Of a stretch of 64,000 nt of DNA, positions 60,889-64,000 are shown piece after piece (positions within the stretch are counted from its first letter, which is position 1; each line of letters begins with the position of its first letter). The DNA is from an uncultured Candidatus Saccharibacteria bacterium (GTDB lineage Bacteria > Patescibacteriota > Minisyncoccia > UBA6257 > JACOXY01). The stretch spans positions 4,896 to 68,895 of the forward strand of contig CAYHMC010000007.1 in assembly GCA_964357615.1 (NCBI GenBank), read 5' to 3'. Position numbers and translations under genes: made by a program. The notes beneath the pieces are model-generated. The model was not told the origin of the DNA. It did no database searches and worked only from the letters and a program-made list of their open reading frames with translations.

Positions 60889-61572
60889 ATGGCACAGTTT
60901 CAAGTTCCACAATTTATTGAGATTGAACAAAAAATTATTGGCGGAGCATTTACTATGCGCCAATTCTTAATAATGGCCTTGGGTGCAGGTTTGGTTTTTT
61001 TACTTTTTTTGGTATTAAACTTTATTGTTTGGGTGTTTTTTGCAGTTATTATTGGAGTTGGAATTTTTGCCGTGGCCTTTTTGAAAGTAAGTGGTAGATC
61101 ATTTGGCCTTTTGCTTAAAGCTGCTTTTTTTTACTATTGGAATCCATCTTTTTATCTCTGGAAATCAGAAGATGAATACGGGGTTAAAATACCAGAAACC
61201 AAACAAATCAAAACTACCAACCCCGAATCCACAGAAGAAAATAGCTCTCAAACAGTAACCACAAGAAGATTTGGTGTTTTTTCAAAACCAGAAAATAGAC
61301 TACAAATCAACGACAAAACAAAAGAATCGCCGAAAAATTCTAAACCAAGCTATGATTCAAAGTCTCTTAATCACAAAGAAACAAGAGAAAAACTAAAAAT
61401 TGGAGATCAAATTCAAAGCTTGTGGGAAAAAATCTCCACAACAAAAGACTTAATTCCAAAGCGAGAAAATAGAATGAATCCATTTCAAAAAGAAAGAGCA
61501 GAGGCGGGTTACGAAGCTATGAGACGATCAACCGGAGAAGTTGAAATGGCAAAACGGGTTGATTTTACGTAG
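60889..61572 (+). CDS. PrgI family (VirB3-like) protein
   Basis: QFQVPQFIEIEQKIIG..TMRQF plus two TM helices. Confidence 0.88.
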   Translation: MAQFQVPQFIEIEQKIIGGAFTMRQFLIMALGAGLVFLLFLVLNFIVWVFFAVIIGVGIFAVAFLKVSGRSFGLLLKAAFFYYWNPSFYLWKSEDEYGVKIPETKQIKTTNPESTEENSSQTVTTRRFGVFSKPENRLQINDKTKESPKNSKPSYDSKSLNHKETREKLKIGDQIQSLWEKISTTKDLIPKRENRMNPFQKERAEAGYEAMRRSTGEVEMAKRVDFT

Positions 61573-61646
61573 TCGCTAATCATTAAAACATTTTATTAGG
61601 GGAGGGTATTTAATCGAAAAAACCATTTATCTGGTATACTACTACT

Positions 61647-62282
61647 ATGGCAACAGAAGAATCTCTACCATCACAAGATTTTATCGCAATCAGTGAAATT
61701 AAAAACGATGTAATATATTTAAAAAACGGAGGAATTCGAAAAGTACTTCTTGTCTCTGGAATTAATACAGAACTAAAATCTGAAGACGAACAAAATACAG
61801 TCTACTTTCTATTTCAAAATTTTTTAAATAGCGTAGACTTTCCGCTTCAGTTTGCAGTTCATTCGCGCAAATTAAATGTAAATGGATATCTTGCGTATCT
61901 AGAAACTCGTCGAGTCGCAGAAACAAACGAACTACTAAAAAGTGGCATAGAGGAATACATTGAGTTCGTTAAGTCATTCGTTCAAGAAAATGCAATTATG
62001 ACAAAAAATTTTTTTGTAGTTGTTTCTTATAATCCACTTATAGCTTCCTCAAAAACAAGCTTGGCAAGCTCAATACCGATTATTGGTAAAAAAATGGGTG
62101 GGGATGACAAACAAAAAAATGAGACTGAAATGATTGAACAACTCACACAAAGGACAGAACAAGTTACTTCGGGACTGCATGGAATTGGACTTCGAGCTAT
62201 AGCTTTAAATAGTAGCGAACTAACTGAATTATTTTTTAATCTCTACAATCCAGAAACCATCGAGAAAAAACTTTCTCAATAA
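61647..62282 (+). CDS. T4SS protein resembling the N-terminal part of VirB4/TraC
   Basis: SQDFIAISEIKNDVI, VSGIN.ELKSEDEQ, FQNFLNSVDFPLQ, LFFNLYNP; lies between PrgI and VirB4. Confidence 0.8.
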   Translation: MATEESLPSQDFIAISEIKNDVIYLKNGGIRKVLLVSGINTELKSEDEQNTVYFLFQNFLNSVDFPLQFAVHSRKLNVNGYLAYLETRRVAETNELLKSGIEEYIEFVKSFVQENAIMTKNFFVVVSYNPLIASSKTSLASSIPIIGKKMGGDDKQKNETEMIEQLTQRTEQVTSGLHGIGLRAIALNSSELTELFFNLYNPETIEKKLSQ

Positions 62283-62321
62283 TTTTAAAAATTGGTTATT
62301 TAAATATTTAACAAAAACGAT

Positions 62322-64000
62322 ATGGAAAAAGATGCTAAAAACTTAATCGCTCCGGCCGCCGTAAAAGTTAATCCCAATAATATGAAAATTGGGGACAAGT
62401 ACATTAAAACCCTTTTTGTGTTTGCATATCCGCGCACCCTAGTTTCGGGTTGGTTAAACCCAATAATTAATGTTCCTGAACTTTTGGATATTTCAATTTT
62501 TATGCACCCAGTCGATACTTCAGTAGCCTTAAAAAATCTAATGAAAAAGGCGGCCAGGTTAGAGGCGGAATTAATTGAACATCAAGAAAAGGGGCTAGTT
62601 CGAGACCCACAACTTGAAACCGCATATAAAGATGTTGATATGTTACGAGATGCGCTTCAACAAGCAAGAGAAAAACTTTTCAATGTTGGGCTGTATGTAA
62701 CAATTTACGCTGACTCTGTTGAGGCTTTAAATAAATTAGAGGCAAAAATTACTGCAATGTTCGAGAATCAACTTGTGTATGTTAAAAATGCTATTTTTCA
62801 AGAAAACGAGGGATTTACTGCCACATTGCCATTGGGCAACGACGAACTTTACATTAATAAACCTATGAACTCTGGGCCACTTTCGAGTTTTTTCCCTTTT
62901 ATTTCAACCGATCTTACTAGCGACAAAGGAATAATGTACGGCTTAAACCGACACAATAGCACCTTAGTTATATTTGATAGATTTTCTTTAGAAAACGCCA
63001 ACACCGCAATCTTTGCAAAATCAGGAGCGGGCAAATCTTATGCAGCTAAATTAGAAATACTTAGAATGCTAATGACGGGTACGGATGTTTTAGTTATAGA
63101 CCCAGAAAATGAATATGAAATGTTAGCAAATGCAGTAGGTGGAACAATTTTTAAAATCGGGCTCCACTCAAAAGACCACATTAATCCACTAGATATTCCA
63201 CCAATACCAGAAGACGAAGTTCCTGGCGAGGTTTTAAAGTCACATATATTAAATTTAACTGGCCTTCTTAAGTTAATGTTAGGCAAAATCACCTCAGAAG
63301 AAGACGCTATTTTAGACCAGGCTCTTACCGAAGTTTACGCGGCTCGTGGAATTACTGCCGACCGTGACTTTAGAAATCTAGAACCACCTAGGCTTCAAGA
63401 TTTTCGAGTTGTTCTTGAAAACATGTCTGGTGGACGCGACCTAGCCCAAAGATTATATAAATTCACGGATGGTAGTTTTGCTGGTTTTGTAAATCAACCA
63501 ACCAGCGTTGATGTTAAAAACCGCTTTATTGTTTTTTCAATCAGAGACCTCGAAGAAGAGCTGAGACCGGTTGCTATGTATATAATTCTAAACTTTGTGT
63601 GGAACCTTGTTAGGTCCGAACTAAAAAAGAGAGTTATTGTTTTGGATGAGGCGTGGTGGATGATGCAACACGAAGAAGGAGCTAGATTTTTATTCGGCTT
63701 AGTTAAGCGTGCGCGTAAATATTATCTAGGCGTGACAACAATAACTCAGGATGTTGAGGATTTTATTAGCTCGCCTTACGGCAGACCCGTAATAACAAAT
63801 TCGTCGTTACAATTATTATTACAACAGGCACCAGCCGCAATTGACGCCGTTGCAAAAACTTTTTCACTTACTACCATTGAAAAAAATCTTTTAGTTGAGG
63901 CGGAACCAGGGCATGGAATATTTTTTGCAGGACTTCGCCATGTTGCTATTCAGATTATTCCCTCTTATTTTGAAAATAAAATTATAACTACAAATCCAGA
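62322..64000 (+). CDS. virB4: VirB4-like T4SS ATPase (3' end beyond window)
   Basis: Manual translation from ATG 62322: FDRFSLENAN, Walker A AKSGAGKS, IDPENEY, Walker B LDEAW, KRARKY, ITQDVEDF. Confidence 0.93.
   Translation, partial: MEKDAKNLIAPAAVKVNPNNMKIGDKYIKTLFVFAYPRTLVSGWLNPIINVPELLDISIFMHPVDTSVALKNLMKKAARLEAELIEHQEKGLVRDPQLETAYKDVDMLRDALQQAREKLFNVGLYVTIYADSVEALNKLEAKITAMFENQLVYVKNAIFQENEGFTATLPLGNDELYINKPMNSGPLSSFFPFISTDLTSDKGIMYGLNRHNSTLVIFDRFSLENANTAIFAKSGAGKSYAAKLEILRMLMTGTDVLVIDPENEYEMLANAVGGTIFKIGLHSKDHINPLDIPPIPEDEVPGEVLKSHILNLTGLLKLMLGKITSEEDAILDQALTEVYAARGITADRDFRNLEPPRLQDFRVVLENMSGGRDLAQRLYKFTDGSFAGFVNQPTSVDVKNRFIVFSIRDLEEELRPVAMYIILNFVWNLVRSELKKRVIVLDEAWWMMQHEEGARFLFGLVKRARKYYLGVTTITQDVEDFISSPYGRPVITNSSLQLLLQQAPAAIDAVAKTFSLTTIEKNLLVEAEPGHGIFFAGLRHVAIQIIPSYFENKIITTNP

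Overview
AT-rich (about 32-35% GC by eye) chromosomal window from a Patescibacteria/CPR (Parcubacteria-like) bacterium. This assignment is inferred from the T4SS-pilin gene array, the PrgI/VirB4/VirB6 locus, tRNA-Ile(UAU) and SD-poor core genes. Housekeeping genes: hppA (partial), nusA, gyrA, rpsA, ftsH, a Xer recombinase, rpsO, pnp, lemA, comM, a UvrD/PcrA helicase, rsmA and three tRNAs. Most notable: (1) eight VirB2/TrbC-like pilin genes, two of which share an apparently identical 457-bp pilin-coding 5' half but end in different predicted cell-wall hydrolases (SLT lytic transglycosylase vs M15-like Zn peptidase), with the T4SS core about 40 kb away; (2) a 2.3-kb ORF-free region with about 15 copies of a 16-bp parS-like palindrome TGTTTANCGNTAAACA, some at exact 36-bp phase; (3) a duplicated two-gene surface-protein cassette with different heads and an apparently identical ~670-bp 3' end; (4) a higher-GC block of genes with their own promoter, SD and terminator signals (two orphans, a beta-CASP nuclease, a Nudix protein); (5) MITE/RPE-like palindromic elements, two with target-site duplications; (6) a TTTTGCGACA repeat/hairpin array upstream of the Xer gene. 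All calls come from reading the sequence by eye; no database searches were run.
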